NCBI RefSeq assembly: GCF_009914755.1
Contig: NC_060925.1
Length of the DNA: 64,000 nt
Source: the human T2T-CHM13v2.0 reference genome, Homo sapiens
Strand: one strand, 5' to 3'
Shown: in pieces, positions 30,041 through 47,280 of the stretch
Layout of the letters: each line of letters opens with the position of its first letter
How positions within the stretch are numbered: the first letter of the stretch is position 1
Program-made: the position numbers and the translations under genes
Notes under the pieces: model-generated
What the model was told of the DNA's origin: nothing
The model's input: only the letters and a program-made list of their open reading frames with translations
The model's database searches: none

Positions 30041-30925
30041 TAGACCATGAAAAGACATGGAGGGACTGTAAATGAAAGAAGCCAACCTGAAAAGGCTACA
30101 TGCTGTATAATTCCAACTAAATGGCACTGGAAGAGACAAAACTATGGAGATTAAAAGGAAAGGTGTTTGCCAGAGGTTTGGGAGAAGGGAGGGATGAAGA
30201 GGTTGAGTATAAAGTATTTTTAGGGCAGTGAAACGATATTGTGTGATACCCTACTGGAGTATACATGTCATTATACCTTTGTCAGGACCCACAGAATATA
30301 CAACACCAAGGGTGAACCCTAATGTGAACTATGGACTTTGGGTGTGTCTTACCTGGGCTGGGTAATTTACAAAGAGGTTTATTTGGCTCAGAGCTCTGTA
30401 GGCTGTACAGGAAGCATGGCGCCAACATCTGCTTATAATGAGGGCCTCAGGCTGCTTCCACTCATGGTAGAAGGCAAAGGGGAGCCAGCTCATGCAGAGA
30501 TTATATGGCAAGAAAGAAAGATGAGTTGCCATCTCTCATTTTTAGCAACCAGCTCTCACTAGAACTAATAAAGCAAGAACTTACTTATTTCCATGAGGAC
30601 GGCACCACAGCCTTCATGAGGGATTCACCCATGATCCAAACACCTCCCACTAGGCCCCACCTCCAGCATTGGGGATCAGATTTCAGCATGAGATGTGGAG
30701 GGGACAAATGTCCAACCTGTATCAAGGTGATAATGATGTGTCAATGGAGGTTCATCTGGAGGTTCTTCACTTGTAACAAATGTACCACTCTGGTGGGGTG
30801 TGTTGATAGCAGGGTTGGTTGTGCACATATGAGGGCAGAGGGTATATGGGAAAGCTCTGTACTTTCTGTTCAGTTTTGCTGTGGATCTAAAACTCTAAAA
30901 AACAAAGTAGACTTTAAAAAAAATC
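30041..30925 (+). mobile_element. L1MC1-like 3' end split by an MST LTR
   Basis: ctgaaaaggctacatgctgtataattcca; gtgaaccctaatgtgaactatggactttgggtg|aggtgataatgatgtgtcaat. Confidence 0.85.
30345..30724 (-). mobile_element. MSTB-type solo LTR
   Basis: ggctgtacaggaagcatggcgcc...acctcccactaggccccacctcc; TSD gggtg/aggtg. Confidence 0.85.
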
Positions 30926-31204
30926 TCAACTAATTTCCTGTCCTTCTCTTCCACTTGCTCTAGTGCCCTTTTGGCTGTGACTCTTTAATTACATTGAGAC
31001 ACATCATGTGTCACTCTTTAGCAGGCCTCTTGTCTTCACTGCATTCCTGATCCGACTTACAGCCCAAAGCCCACCCTGATAAACACTACCTCACAAATAC
31101 CCTCCATTTCCTCATCCTTTCTCTTTTGGCAAAAACCTCTCTCTGACAACCTCAATAACTGTTTTTCCTTGCCTGTATCCAATGTGCCTAAATAAAATAT
31201 TTCT

Positions 31205-31484
31205 TTTTTTTTTTTTTGAGACAGAGTCTCACTCTGTCACCCAGGCTGGAGTGCGGTGGCGCGATCTCAGCTCACGGCAATCTCTGCCTCCGGGTTCAAG
31301 CGATTCTCCTGTCTCCCAAGTAGCTGGGATTACAGGCGCACACCACGACACCCAGCTAATTTTTTTGTATTTTTAGTAGAGACAGGGTTTCACCATGTTG
31401 GTCAGGCTGGTCTCGAACTCCTGTTCCGCTCACCTCGGCCCCCCAAAGTGCTGGGATTACAGGCGTGAGCCACCGCACCTGGCC
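31205..31484 (-). mobile_element. AluS with small internal deletions
   Basis: TSD a(a/g)ataaaatatttct. Confidence 0.93.
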
Positions 31485-32042
31485 AGATAAAATATTTCTA
31501 AAGAAAATCTTATGCCAGGCTGACCCTCACACTTTGAATTCATGACCAGAAGCCTGACCAGAGTGCTCAAAGCTTCCCTCAACACTGACCGTTTCCCACT
31601 CTCTGGAGTAACTAACTCATATCTTCTTGTTCTTACTTTAGACTTTCTACATTTTCTGCCACTGCACCCTCTTCAGCAGGTGAACTCACCTCTTACTACA
31701 TGGAAAAAATAGAAGGTTTCAAATAGGAATGGTCTCATCTTCCCATCACCAAATCTAGAATCCAGCCTGCATTCCCACGTACCTCCTCTTCTTCAGGCCA
31801 GGTAAGTAGGTCGAAGTGTCCTTGCCATAATCAAAGCCTCACCCTTGGTTTGAAGTGTAGACCTCAGTCTTTTTTGCTCCTCCTTGTGGACATGGCCCCT
31901 GCAGAGATCCGTGATACCTCCTGCATCACCAAGCTCTTGCTTTACTGGGTCATTTGCATCACTTTACAAACATACTCATCTTTAAGAAGAAAAAAGACAT
32001 GAAAAGAGATGTTCAACATCATTAATCATTAGAGAAATGATT

Positions 32043-32337
<295 letters not shown>

Positions 32338-32432
32338 TAGACACCCATTCAAATATGTTTTGCCTGAGTCCTTGAATGTGCATTATTTCTGAAAAAAAAA
32401 GGTGCTGTATTGCTATGTTTCTAATGTACATA

Positions 32433-32529
32433 AATAGTACAGTGCTATACTATACAAATAGTATACTCTCTATACAAATAGTATAGCACTATACTATTGT
32501 GCTATACTACTATTTGTGTAGTACAGCAC
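32433..32529. repeat. Complex inverted/direct repeat
   Basis: 20-bp arms at 32433-32452 and 32479-32498 are 19/20 complementary. Confidence 0.85.
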
Positions 32530-32539
32530 CAGCCTCAGA

Positions 32540-32712
32540 GACAGAGAGCACAGTGGTCAGAGTGTAGGCTGGAATCCCAGCTCTGCCACTTACTCACTGG
32601 GTGACTTTAAGTAAGCTGCTTAATGCTCAGTGTTTCCATTCCATGTTTGTAAAATAAGGATTTATTCAACAAACATTCACAAATATTTATTGAGAGCCTT
32701 CTATGTGCCAGC
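32540..32712. mobile_element. MIR (+) followed by L2 tail (-)
   Basis: gaatcccagctctgccacttact...; cattcacaaatatttattgagagccttctatgtgcca. Confidence 0.7.
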
Positions 32713-32850
32713 CATATAGACTGGGTAATTTATAAATAATGGAAATTTATTTCTCAGAGTACTGGAAGCTGGGAATCCAAGATCAAAATGCCAGCAGATT
32801 CTAAGTCTGGTGAGGGTGCACTCTCTGCTTCATAAATGGGTCTCTTGCCG
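32713..32850 (-). mobile_element. MLT1A/MST LTR fragment truncated at both ends
   Basis: atagactgggtaatttataaa...ccaagatcaaaatgccagcagattc...tggtgaggg. Confidence 0.7.
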
Positions 32851-33142
32851 CAAAAAAATCTGTTTGCTCCTCCAGATTCATCAAACATCTCCTGGCTATG
32901 AGGAGTCCCTTGGGAATTCAGAGACAGAAAAAGAGTGAGCTAGTTGCTCCCTGAGAGCAGTTGCCTTGGATTGGCTCTTTTCTTCACAGAAGGTCAGTGC
33001 TTCTCGAATGGTGGCCAACTCTATGAAATTCTATCTCCATCTTTTTGGCCTAAGGATAGTGACAGACTTACTGCTGCTAGTCTTGAGTTTTTGCACCATC
33101 TCTACTATTTCTCTTCACATGCTCACACCTATCTTAACCCTT

Positions 33143-33173
33143 CTCTCTCTCTCTCTCTCTGTCTCTCTCCCTT

Positions 33174-33232
<59 letters not shown>
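33143..33232. repeat. Compound (TC)n(CA)n microsatellite
   Basis: Seen directly; lies inside a probable old LTR at about 32850-33285. Confidence 0.97.
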
Positions 33233-33235
<3 letters not shown>

Positions 33236-33536
33236 ATCCTGAGTTGAATGTATCATATTTTTCTGCTGGGACTCTGACTGATACATTGACTAATCTCATT
33301 TACTGAAAAGTTAAATGCAAATTAAAACCACAACGAAGTATAACTTAATTCTCACCAGAATGGCTAAAGTAAAAAAGACTGATAAAACTGAGTGTTGGCA
33401 AGGTTATGGAAAAACAGGGACTCTCATACACTGTTGGCAAAGTGTAAACTGGCACAACTACTTTGGAAAACAGACTGACTTTATCTGGAAATGTGAACAT
33501 GAGCTCAGCAATCTTACTTCTACATCCATATCCTAG

Positions 33537-34042
<506 letters not shown>

Positions 34043-34959
34043 CTCTAGAAAAGTTCTTGCACATGTGCACCAGGTGCCATAGCACCATTGTCTTAATTCT
34101 TTTTTAAAAACTGGAAATAATTCAAACGTCCTTCAACTGTAAATTGGACAAATAAGTTATCATATATGAAATAATAGCACTACAAAGGCATGAAACACTG
34201 CAACAAACATCAACATGGATGACTCATGAGGCAAAACTAAGAAAATGATTTTAGGGATACATAGATGTTAAAAGTATTAAGACAAGAAAGAGAAGACTAA
34301 TCAAAAATTATCATGGTAGTTACCTCTATAGGAAAGGGAGGAGATGTGATTGGAAGACACACACACAGGGTCTTTGATGTTACTATCAATGTTGTATTCT
34401 GACTGGTGACCAATTATGCAGATGTTTGTTCTACAGTTATTCTTTGAGGTGAATATAGCTTTCTTGAACCAGGCTGTAAGAAACATTGCCCCAGACCCTC
34501 AAAATGAATCCATCAAAAGCTGAAAACTCCTCACCAGTACTTTCCCCCTATCTGGTTCTCTCATTTCGGCAAGTGAATGAGACATCAATAGTCTAAGATG
34601 TCCCACCACCCCTGGACTCCCACCATCTTCTGAGTCTCCTCTGAGCAAACTGCTGGGGCAGGAACACACATTCACACTTCCACAGGGACAAGTCACAATA
34701 TATAAATAGTGCATGTTATCTAAATCCACGTTTAGGAAAGAAATATTTTTCTATCAGAAACACGATAGTACAGATGCGATTTTTCCCACAAAAAAAGAGA
34801 TACATTTTTCATTATTATGCACTGTAGTTTAGTTCCCAAGAGCCAGGCTCTCAAACCTGTCATTCTAGAAAAGGGTCATTGTTCTATATTTGCATAACCA
34901 AAGGGTGTTCTTTTCCAGAACAATGAAGCAGTCTGCCTCCAAGTTAACCCAAGGCAGAA

Positions 34960-36060
34960 AACTGCTTCCAGCCTTCAAATGAAATGGGTAAGTTCTTACT
35001 TCCGTAAGAAGGAGGAAGCCTCTGTTTTTCCCTTTCTTCTTCCCTCCCTCCCCTTTCTTCCTTTACATCAGCAATAAATTATTTTCTCACTCCAAAGTCA
35101 CTTCCATTTGTGGATATTCTTGCCCTGTTAGAAAGTTCTTTCTTTATTGAAATATTTCTCCTAGGGAGCGTTCAGCTGGTTGGTTTTGTTTCTGCCCTAT
35201 GGGGTGATTGTAAATCTAATCCCTCTTCAACGTGACAGCTTTTCAAATACTGTAGGTTAAGATCCTTGCTGTGTCTTCCCTGAGTTTTCTTTTTCTCTTA
35301 GTCCCTCAGCGGTCTCCCCTAGGGCAGCTTTGAACCCCTTCTCCATCCTGGTGGATGTGTTCTTAGGCTCCAATTTGTTACTCCCAAACATAAAGTGGGG
35401 ACCTCAGACCTGAAGGCAAGTTCCAGTTGTGGAGAAGAAAAAAATGTTTTCTCTCTACCTATCTTAGGTTAATTGGCTAGGGCCCAGCAAATTAGATGGA
35501 CAAAAGACGTATTAGCAAGAGTAAAACAAACATAAGTTTACTAACATGTGTATCACGCATACACCTGGGAGCACCCAGTGATGAGTAACTCCAAAGGGGA
35601 GTTAGAACTTGGGCTTAGAGAGCATCTTAGCAAAGAAGAGTTTTGAAAAAAAGAAAGCAACAAGACAAAAGAAAAGGACTTTGAGCTTCTAGGAGTGGCA
35701 ATTGTGTGCAAATACATGGAAAGTAGATAAGGTTTAGTTTTAGCAAGGTTTGTGGAGATTTCTCTGGGCCATAAGGACCTAGAGTTGTCTCTGGTGATTA
35801 ATTTCTGTCTTTCCTGTTAGAGACGGGAGAGGGGACACCTTTACAAATTTATGTTCTGCTTTTAGGCAAATAAGGGGAGGGCAGAGAGCTTTTTATGTGT
35901 CTGTTTCTTCTCAATTGCCTTCAGCTCAAAATAATCCTTATGCTGTATTTTGGGGTGGCATTTTCTGCCACCCTTCACAGCCATAATGTGACTTCCAGCC
36001 TAGACTGAAGAAGGATTATCAAACCACCAGTCCTAGATATTATACACTTATTGACGCCAT
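34960..36060 (-). mobile_element. L3/CR1 fragments hosting MER34
   Basis: tgttagaaagttctttcttta; tctaatccctcttcaacgtgacagcttttcaaatac. Confidence 0.55.
35428..35977 (-). mobile_element. MER34-family solo LTR (ERV1)
   Basis: Reverse complement starts tgaaggg...gccaccccaaaata...aaggattattttgagctgaaggcaattgagaa; 4-bp TSD cagt/cagc. Confidence 0.85.
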
Positions 36061-36339
36061 ACTTTTAAGCATGATAATGTACAGAGAAGCAATAATTGAC
36101 TGATGCCACGAATAGGTACTAGAGAGAGAAAAGGAGGAAGAAATTCGTTTGTCTTTTAAAAAGCAAAAGCTATTACAACCATTTTTGTGAAATGTTTATT
36201 ATTAATGCCTAGTTGTCATGCAGCACAATAACAGCTGATGTCAAAGCCTGAAGGGCTGCCAAACAAATGAGGGATTTGTCAGATTATATTTGCCATGCAT
36301 TGGACTTGACAACAGCAGTTAACTCCAGATAAGTGGTCT

Positions 36340-36755
36340 CAGTCTTCATAGCGTGGTGCTCATTGTGTTAGTAGCAGATACACTCTGAAGGCTCAGTGAT
36401 TTAACACAATAAAAGTTTATTTCTTGTTTCTTTACTATCCAGCATGGGGCTCTTTGTATGAGTAGCTGTCTCCTAAGCAGAGATTCAGGGATCCAGCCTC
36501 CTTCTCTGCCATTGTCAACAGGCAGTTCCCAAAGTTGTCATGGAGATGGAGTGGGGAAAAGGGGGATCTATTCCAGTTAACTAACCAGAGGGAGAAAGAG
36601 CACGGATAGTCATCCATGGGAGGACTTCAGGGCCAGGTATGGGAGTAGAGGGCATCACTTCTGCCTAAAATCTATTGCTATGACTCAGTTACAGGGATAA
36701 TCTAACCACAGGGCGGCTGGAAATGCAGTCTACCTATGTGCCCAAGAAAAAGAAT
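36340..36755 (-). mobile_element. MLT1 (I/J-type) LTR
   Basis: ctcagtgatttaacacaataaaagtttatttctt...ggctggaaatgcagtcta. Confidence 0.65.
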
Positions 36756-38877
36756 CTATTTCTTATCTCCTAACAATCCAAAGTCAGGTTCCTGTATGGG
36801 TGGCAAATAATATCTTCCTATTATTGCAACAGTAGAGTTGACCTCATGGGTTTCTGAAAGGGTTTCAGAGATGTCAGGGGTCTCTGAGCCATACTTTGAA
36901 ACCACTTTTCTAGAACATCAGATGACCTTAGGTAGGCTTATTAAACATTACAGTACGGCATTAAAAGGATATGCAGTTACCTTTTGCCTTCCTAAACATT
37001 TCACATTCAAGGTTAAAATGCCCTTCACTTCTCCTCCTTCCCTAGGCTCAATACTGAGTTCCAAGGAATGTAGGCAACTGCTTCCCTTCCACACTGGGAG
37101 GCTCGTATAACTGGCAGCTGAGAGAGGCGGATCTGCTTCTTGGTCCTGGATCCTTCTTGGTGCTATGCTCATGGCTGTGGCTTATGACCTCTTCCCACCT
37201 GTTTCTTTCAGCTTAGACAGTGTGTGGTCCTCCCTGGGGCAGATCTCAGCAGCCTGTCCCTGCTGATTCACTTCTCACCTCTCCTCCTTGGCAATGACAG
37301 CCACCAGAGGAGCAGCTGTGCTCCCCTGACTCTTAGCAGGAAGTCCACCTGACACCCCTCAGACCAGTGCCTCTTCTTCTTGACTTCCTGACAGGCACTG
37401 CCCTGCTGCTCTGCCCAAACAAATTGAGTGGTTGAGAGAAAGGTGAAGCAGACCCCGTCTCTCATTCTCAGTGATTCCTGCTACCTGAGTTTCTTCTACC
37501 CAACAACACTGTCCCCTCCATCACCATTCAGGCCTGGTGTCCCGTGCCTCAGGAGCCCATGCAGCCCTCTTCACCCCTCCTCCTGCCCAGATGGCACAGG
37601 TACATCTGTGCATCTTCCAACATCCTAGACAGGAAGTTCCCTAGGGACCAAGGCAATTCCATATTGGACCCTTCCCCTTTAGCTCCTTTAGGTAGGGGAT
37701 AAAACCCGTAGCTCACACACTGTTGTTGGAACTGTCTCCCTTGCTTCTCCTGCCGGTCCTCTTTCTGTAGGTGTGTGTCTGGGGTGCGGAGGGGCCTGGG
37801 GACAGAAACCTGTTCTGCCTGCTTGTGCTTCCTTTCAAGTCTCTTTAGTTTCACTAGAGGTGGTGCCTTTGGAACCCTAAAGTCAGGAATCATGCAGGTT
37901 TTCCACAGGTTTAGCCCTTGCCTGACAACTCTGCCAGTGGCAAATGGCAGGATCACATCTCAGTGTTCAAATCCCAGTTGTGGCGGCAGAAAAAAATAAA
38001 ACATTCTGGTTAATATCTCAAATTATTAGTCTGCTGTGTACTAACATGAGTATAAATGTGTTCAGTTGTTCCTGGGCAACACTTATACTTTAGAGCACTT
38101 TTGGGAAAGAGCAGGACTTGTTCCAAAGGCCTGGTTTCAAGTGGGTAATTGGGGTCGCCTGCTGCAGTGTGCAGGCTGCCCTAGAGGCCAGTGGGCAGGG
38201 TATTCAGGGAATATGAGGGGAGACGTAGGCAGGAACTGAAAACACCCCGTGGAGGGAGAAGAAAGGAGCTGGGTACCTCCCAGGCCATTTTATCTGGAAA
38301 ATCCTTGTCTTCCAGTCCCAGCTCTTGCCCTCAGCTCCCCATTTTGCTGAAGTTGAACCAGGCCTCCTTCTTCCCCAGTGCTCTGCCTCTGGTGTTTTTC
38401 TCAATCTTGACAGGGTTGCTGGGTCCTGCTACTCAAGTAGCAGGAAGAGCTAAGAATGAAAGACGAGGCCTGCTTTACCTTTCAGCCACTCTGTCCTCAG
38501 ATACCCACAGGGACTCAGGCCCAAGCCCAGCAGAAATGTCAGGTGATGTTTTGTCAGGATATCCCAATTTCTGAACACTGATCAACATCTGCTCCAATAC
38601 CCAAAAACTCACATGCAGGAATGCCACAGCCTGGAGAGGCCCTAAGGACTCCCAGGGAGTGTTAGATAAGCTCAAAATAATTCCTCCCTGAGGAAGCTGG
38701 CTAGGGACAGATCTCCTCCCTGAATTGTAGGTGCTTTTGTTGTGCTGAACAGAGAACCCTGTCCCTGAGGGAGAATGCTGGCACTACCTTACCAGCCCCT
38801 GGGCCAATGAGAAGCAGAGCCGTGGGAAAGAGGCCAACCCTCCTGAGAGGGAGGAGGTCATGAGGGTGGAGGGAGCA

Positions 38878-41489
<2,612 letters not shown>

Positions 41490-41987
41490 GAGAGGACTTA
41501 CAGAGTCAGACACGGGGACATCATTACTGTGTAGCTGGCACAGAAGGGAACTCCAAGAAAGAATTTCTAGCAGCATGCCACAGACACTGGGGTACCACAC
41601 CCCCTTCACGGGTATGCCACTAAACACAGATCAGTGTGTAAAATTTGGTTCTGATACAGTCAATGATATATTGAACAGACAGTGTGATGTGGAGTAGAAT
41701 GGAATATAATTTGCTGCAAAAAGTGGTAGAGGGCGAGGTGGTGGCAAAGACATTTCTCAATTTGACTCAAAATGGAGAACATTGCCCCCTGAGGATATGT
41801 GTCCAGCCAAGGCAGGGAATAATTGTACTCAAATTGTGACCCTAGGGTTAAGGACAGTCAAAAGACCAGGAGGATGGCAGTAGATATCACTGCATTTCTT
41901 CATATGTACCAATAAAAATCCTAGTATTTAAAAGTGTGCCAGCATGCTGACTTGGACATCACAGGGAGTAAAATGGTAAAACATTGG

Positions 41988-42134
41988 AGCCAGGTGTGGT
42001 AGTGCACATCTGTAATTCCAGCCACTCAGGAGGCTGAGGTTAGAGGATCACTTGAGCCCAAGAATTTGAGACCAGGCTGGGCAACATAGTAAGACACCCA
42101 TCTCAAAAATAAATTAATTAATAAATTAAGTAAT
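41988..42134 (+). mobile_element. FLAM monomer
   Basis: Single arm plus tail; TSD taaaa(c/t)attgga. Confidence 0.85.
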
Positions 42135-42314
42135 TAAAATATTGGAATAATACAGAGATTATTATGGCCCCTGCACCAGATGCCTTATACCTTCATAAAG
42201 CACTCCATATTTGAGAGCACTCTTTTGCATGATTGAATAATTTATAATATATACATTATATTTCTCAGTTTTTCAAAAACAAACAGCAGACTGGTTAAAT
42301 AAAAAAGGACTGGA

Positions 42315-42620
42315 AGCCTGGGCACGGTGGCTCATGCCTGTAATCCCAGCACTTTGGGAGGCCAAAGCAGGTGGATCATGAGATCAGGAATTTGAGACCA
42401 GTCTGACCAAGATGGTGAAACCCCATCTCTACCAAATATACAAAAAATTAGCTAGGTGTGGTGGTGGGCACTGTCATCCCAGCTACTCAGGAGGCTGAGG
42501 GAGGAGAATTGTGTGAACTCAGGAGGTGGAGAGGTGGAGGTTGCAGTGAGCCGAGATTACACCATTGCACTCCAGCCCAGGCAACGGTGCAAGACTCCAT
42601 CTCAAAAAAAAAAAAAAAAA
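42315..42620 (+). mobile_element. AluS
   Basis: TSD aaaag(g/a)actggaa; small internal duplication gaggtgga. Confidence 0.94.
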
Positions 42621-42789
42621 AAGAACTGGAAATAAATTAATCACCATATTAATGGTGGTAATTCCCAGTTGTAAGAATATGAATGATACTTCTTTTCTTT
42701 TTTGTACTTTCTATATTTTTTAATTTTCTAAAAATAAAATGAAAAGGCATAAAAATAATAAAAGAAATGCAAACAAACTGGTTGAAACT

Positions 42790-42985
42790 CCTAGGGTTTC
42801 ATAAATATTGTCTCATTTAATCCTCACAACATCTCTATGAGACACAAATTATTTTTCTTATTTTCAAATGGGGAAACTGAGGCTAGGGCTGTTAAACTCT
42901 TTAAGGTCATGCAGCTATAAGTGAATTAATTGGATCTTGAGCCGAGGTCTTTTGACTCTAGATTTCATGCTCCTTCTTCCACATC
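42790..42985 (-). mobile_element. MIR
   Basis: tctcatttaatcctcacaac...ggggaaactgaggct. Confidence 0.75.
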
Positions 42986-43408
42986 CCGTTGCCTCTGCAA
43001 GAACCACATATTCTTCTAACAGCTAAAATAACGGGATATGTTAGAAGGAAAGCCACTGGTCCTCTTCTGCTATTAGCCAGAATGAGTGAAGAACTTCAAA
43101 CTCCAATAAGTGCCCTGGAAAGTGTAGTAGGTCATACCAGACGACGAGACAGGTGACTCAGGATACTTGACGCCTATCAAAAAATGACCAGGGCTTGCCC
43201 GCGGACTCGAGGGACCCTCAGATCAGAGCCTAGAAGAACTAGGTCCTTATTTATAAAATCTCTTCTGTATAGTACATATAATGCATAAGTATACATGCAA
43301 TCTTGATCTGTCACCTACGTAGGGAAGGCCTTTGAGGTCTTTATTCCAGCTACTATTTCTGAGATATAAATTAGTCCAAAACAACACCTTAAAACTACTA
43401 TATTATTT

Positions 43409-43738
43409 TGTGGGGTTTTTTTGTTGTTGTTTTGTTTGTTTGTTTGTTTGTTTGTTTTTGAGACAGAGTCTCGCTCTGTCGCCCAGGCTGGAGTGCAGTG
43501 GCCCGATCTTGGCTCACTGCAACCTCTGCCTCCCAGGTTCAAGCAATTCCCTGCTTCAGCCTCCCGAGTAGCTAGGATTACAGGTGCCCACCACCACGCC
43601 TGGCTAATTTTTGTATTTTTAGTAGAGACAGGGTTTCACCATCTTGGCCAGGCTGGTCTTGAACTCCTGACTTCGTGATCCACCTGCCTCGGCCTCCCAA
43701 AGGGCTGGGATTACAGGCGTGAGCCACCGTGTCCAGCC
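43409..43738 (-). mobile_element. AluS with (GTTT)n tail
   Basis: Full dimer. Confidence 0.94.
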
Positions 43739-44032
43739 TTTTTTTAGTTTTTTTTTGAGACAGAGTCTGGCTCTGCTGCCCAGGCTGTAGTGCAGTAGCA
43801 GGATCTCGGCTCACTGTCACCTCCACCTCCTAGGTTCAAGCAATTCTCCTGCCTCAGCCTCCTGGGTAGCTGAGATTACAGGCACCTGCCCCCATGCCTG
43901 GCTAATTTTTTTAGCAGAGATGGGGTTTCACCATGTTGGCCAGGCTGGTATGAAACTCCTGACTTCAGGTGATCCACCCGCCTCTGCCTCCCAAAGTGTT
44001 GAGATTACAGGCATGAGCTACTACACCTTACC
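43739..44032 (-). mobile_element. AluS in tandem with the previous Alu
   Basis: One TSD, aaaactac(t/c)atattattt, flanks both Alus. Confidence 0.94.
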
Positions 44033-45410
44033 AAAACTACCATATTATTTCACTCATGATTTTGTGGGTCAAAAATTTTGAAAAGGCTGTGCCTAGGACT
44101 TCTCACTTGGCATCTCTCTTGTGGTTACAGTCAGATGTTACCTGGAGCTGAAGTCATCTGAAGATTCAACAGGACTGGATGTCCAGCATGTCTCATTCAC
44201 ATGATTGGCAGGTGATGGTGGCTGATTAAGCTGTCAACTGGGGAACTCACATGTGGCCTTTCCCATATAGCTAACTCAGGGTAGTTGGACTTCATACCTA
44301 GCATCTAGCTTCCCTCAGGACAAGCATCTCATAAGAACCAGGCAGTAGCTGCAAGACTTTTTCTGACATGGCTGAAGAAATCACGTAGCACACTTCTACT
44401 TCATTGTATTGGTTACAAATGAATAATTAGACAGACTAGATTCAAGGGGAAGGGAAGTAGGCTCTACCTCTTGATGGAGTAGTACAAGGTCACATTGTGA
44501 AAGAGCACACGAGGTGAAAAATGTTGTTTCAGCCACCTTTAGAACATAAAATTTGCCTCAGTCATTTAATCCAGTGTTTCCCAACCTTTGTCACCTCATA
44601 GCACACACTGAAAGCATTAATATGTATATGGCTTATGACATGTCAGTTGGAAAGCTCTGACAAGCTAACTATCTGTGATTAAGAAAGCTTCCTTTCCTTA
44701 CTTTATAGCTAGTGTGCATTCAAGGGCAAGATTTCTCACATGTTTCAGGGTAATTCTTGAACTAACAGAAAAAAAACCTTCCCAGTTCTGATCCCTTTAT
44801 GTTATAAGTATCTATGCTATAAGGATTTTTGTGTCCAGAAGCTTTGAGATAGTTTTTCATCTTTCCTCCTCTAAACACTAAAGGAAAGATAGCATACATT
44901 CTTTATACACTGGATCAGTTAAAAATATATGCTACCAATCAAAAAGAATAATAACTGTAGCAGATTGAACACTTCAAACATGTTTAAATTCATGAGTTCA
45001 TAATGCTTTTAAAACAATTACGACAGAAATTATTAGAGTACTCTTTGGAAGTTTCCAGGACCCTAACTTATTTAGAAAACTGGAGAATAAAGGGACAGAC
45101 CAAGCATTTGTCCTGCCTTTCCTGTATGAACTATGCTTCACAGTATGCCAGGTATCAATGTGCTATCTCTCAGCTCAAAGCCCACTCTTTGCTCTGCTTT
45201 GCAATTCTGGTGCTGTACCCTGTAAACATTTCTCCTATCAACAGCTGACATAATGTTAAACATTTTTGCCAGTGGAGGGTGCTGGAGGGAAATTGCAGGA
45301 GGAAGGAGTTTTTCTGGCTCAGTGTGCTTTCCTCCTTGCTCCTGCAGTGCACAACGACCAACAGTGTGGCGGATGCCCCAGTTAGTTTTAGCAGTACACT
45401 TGCGGATAAC

Positions 45411-46293
<883 letters not shown>

Positions 46294-46548
46294 GGGCATT
46301 TCCCTGCTTGCCAGCTCTAGCCTAAGGTACTTCAGTGAACATCTCCACTATTCAATCTCCACTCTCCATGGAACAGTCACACTCTCTCCATCATTGGGAA
46401 TGAGGGACTGTCTTCCAGTTTGTTATTTCCTTGAGTGCTCTGACTGCACTCTAGAAGTAGTGGCTGTTCTCTGTTTCTGCTATTCCTGTATTCTTTAGAG
46501 TTCCTTAATCTCTATTTAATAATTTATGTTAAAATTTACCTATTTTAA

Positions 46549-46846
46549 GGCCAGGCACAGTGGCTCACACCTGTAATCCCAACACTTTGGGAGGCCGAGG
46601 CGGGTGGATCAATGAGGTCAGGAATTCGAGACCAGCCTGACCAACATGGTGAAACTCTGTCTCTACTAAAAATACAAAAATTAGCTGGGTGTGGTTGCAG
46701 CCACCTGTAATCTCAGCTACTAGGAAGGCTGAGGCAGGAGAATCTCTTGATCCCAGGAAGAAGAGGTTGCAGTGAGCCAAGATCACGCCATTGCATTCCA
46801 CCCTGGGCGACAGAGTGAGACTCCATCTCAAAAAAATAAATAAAAT
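46549..46846 (+). mobile_element. AluS
   Basis: TSD aaaatttacctatt(t/c)taa. Confidence 0.95.
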
Positions 46847-47114
46847 AAAATTTACCTATTCTAAGCATCGTGTGGTTTCTGTCTCCTATCTGGACTCTGA
46901 TTCATACAGTAAGCAAATCGTTGATGAGGAAAACTTCTTCTGTATACAAGAATACCAGCTAATAAATGTGCAGTGAATGAAAGAATTAGAATATTTTATA
47001 ATTAAAAAAATAGATGTAGGCACTGACCATCAATCGATGCTAAAGTCAGTAGATAAGAGGCTGATGGGGAACGTAATAATGGATGGATCAGACTGATGGA
47101 TGGACTCCCTGAAC

Positions 47115-47280
47115 CAGAGGCAAGTTTACCACAAGCTAATATGGTGTAAGCTTCAGCTCTCCTCACTTGCATGGACCTAGAACCTAATTTTATATTTGTA
47201 ATTTTGATTTATTTCTCTTAAAGAAAGCCCCTCAAATTGCACAAACTTCAGTCTCCACAAAACCTTGATTTACCCACTTG
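47115..47280. mobile_element. MER53 (hAT) MITE
   Basis: cagaggcaagtttacc...taagcttcag...cctcacttgca...aacttcagtctccacaaaacc. Confidence 0.75.

Larger units (their letters stand above)
29800..31985 (+). mobile_element. L2 ORF2 fragments hosting L1MC, MST and Alu
   Basis: gatgactcatccaacgtcctggcctct...ttagactttgtcatcacc is the L2 endonuclease region; resumes after 30930. Confidence 0.65.
43340..44540 (-). mobile_element. MLT1G/H-type LTR split by tandem Alus
   Basis: ctcatgattttgtgggtca...gtcatctgaagattcaacaggactgga...gattcaaggggaaggga. Confidence 0.75.
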
